Below are positions 63,225-64,000 of a stretch of DNA of 64,000 nucleotides, piece after piece; position 1 is the first letter of the stretch, and the number at the start of each line of letters is the position of its first letter. The notes beneath the pieces are model-generated. The model ran no database searches. It had not been told where the DNA came from and was given only the letters and a program-made list of their open reading frames with translations. The position numbers were made by a program, and so were the translations under genes. Origin of the DNA: Clostridia bacterium (GTDB taxonomy: Bacteria; Bacillota; Clostridia; Oscillospirales; CAG-272); NCBI GenBank assembly GCA_017520505.1, contig JAFXFN010000006.1, positions 104,091 to 168,090 of the forward strand, read 5' to 3'.

Positions 63225-63806
63225 ATGTTCATAAAACAAATTACTCTTATTCTGATGCTTATCTTCTACATTAGCTATTTTGCTAAAATGATAAGTCAAA
63301 GAAGAAAAGGTATCAGCACAGATCAGCTTGGAAAAGGCAAAACGGGTTTTATAAAGTTCGTGGAGCTATCACTCAAAGCCGCAACATATATACTTCCCTT
63401 CGTGCAAATTGCAAGTATTTTTCTGTATTCAAAAACGGAACACTTTATTTTACAAATCATCGGCATTATTATAACCGCAATCGGCGTTATCATTTTTATT
63501 CTCTCCGTATTGCAAATGAAAGATAATTGGCGTGCAGGTGTACAAAGTGAAGAAAAGACAAGCCTTGTGACCTCGGGTATTTACTCCATAAGCCGTAATC
63601 CCGCTTTTTTGGGGTTTGACCTTATGTATATCGGAATTTTATTTTCATTTTTTAACCCGTATCTTTGTGTTGCCACAGGTATCGCGGTGACACTTTTTCA
63701 TCTGCAAATAGTAAATGTTGAGGAAGATTTTTTGAAAGACACATTCGGCGAAGAATATTTTAGCTACACACGCAGGGTTTGCAGATACATAGGAAGAAAA
63801 TTTTAA
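63225..63806 (+). CDS. Membrane methyltransferase of the isoprenylcysteine carboxyl methyltransferase (ICMT/PEMT) family
   Basis: Multi-TM protein with LVTSGIYSISRNPAFLGFDLMYIG, the conserved ICMT-family block (..G.Y...RNP.Y.G). Confidence 0.7.
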   Translation: MFIKQITLILMLIFYISYFAKMISQRRKGISTDQLGKGKTGFIKFVELSLKAATYILPFVQIASIFLYSKTEHFILQIIGIIITAIGVIIFILSVLQMKDNWRAGVQSEEKTSLVTSGIYSISRNPAFLGFDLMYIGILFSFFNPYLCVATGIAVTLFHLQIVNVEEDFLKDTFGEEYFSYTRRVCRYIGRKF

Positions 63807-63818
63807 ATTGATATAAAC

Positions 63819-63847
63819 AAAAGCTCCTCGTCTGAGGAGCTTTTGTT
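63819..63847. terminator. Bidirectional intrinsic terminator
   Basis: AAAAGCTCCTC/GAGGAGCTTTT stem with a 4-nt loop between convergent genes. Confidence 0.75.
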
Positions 63848-64000
63848 TTATTCTTTCCATATAAAATTGAAATTTATCGACTCACCGCCATCGACGAGGA
63901 TATTTTGTCCTGTGCAGAATTTATTTGTAACAGTGAGAAAATATGCCCATTCGGCAATTTCCTCCGTACTTGCCCACCGTTTAAGCGGTGTTTCGTTCAT
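63848..64000 (-). CDS. Short-chain dehydrogenase/reductase (SDR) family protein; partial, only the C-terminal 50 aa are in the window
   Basis: The minus-strand translation ...NETPLKRWASTEEIAEWAYFLTVTNKFCTGQNILVDGGESINFNFIWKE* has the typical SDR C-terminus (..P..R....EEIA....FL......TGQ.I.VDGG). Confidence 0.6.
   Translation of the reverse strand: MNETPLKRWASTEEIAEWAYFLTVTNKFCTGQNILVDGGESINFNFIWKE

Noticed and set aside
62878-63225. tRNA-Leu as the attachment site of an integrated genomic island
   Set aside because: The window has no integrase or recombinase gene, and I noticed no direct repeat of the tRNA 3' end. The downstream genes look ordinary. The odd repeat array is kept as a separate finding.

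Overview
This 64 kb window looks like chromosomal DNA from a low-GC Gram-positive anaerobe. Gene order and three dockerin-bearing secreted proteins suggest Clostridia, probably Ruminococcus-like (Oscillospiraceae); that assignment is inference. About two thirds is conserved housekeeping in classic Firmicutes arrangements: tilS-hpt-ftsH, gdpP-rplI-dnaB, rimP-nusA-ylxR-ylxQ-infB, nadA-nadB-nadC-niaR, tmk-gpmI, an nfnAB-like pair followed by nadK, rplS and tRNA-Leu(CAA). I saw no transposase, integrase, phage gene or CRISPR array. Five accessory or unexplained regions stand out. (1) At 1.5-11 kb on the minus strand, a 2069-aa VWA surface protein gene is followed by an 81-aa Cys-containing peptide gene, a strong hairpin, a membrane-anchored protein, an HprK-like P-loop protein, a radical-SAM/SPASM enzyme and a PqqD chaperone. 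I read this as an uncharacterised RiPP (thioether-peptide-like) maturation cassette and the best candidate for a novel system. (2) At 15.9-22.7 kb there are three tandem diverged paralogs with the architecture signal peptide, dockerin, two ricin-type lectin domains and a papain-fold (NlpC/P60-like) hydrolase. (3) An 845-aa cytoplasmic orphan protein lies at 35.9-38.4 kb. (4) Two copies of a structured intergenic element (about 40.67 and 44.83 kb) show compensatory base-pair changes, which suggests an sRNA family. (5) An array of ATGATGT/ACATCAT heptamers and small hairpins follows tRNA-Leu. All product calls rest on motif recognition by eye, not on database searches.
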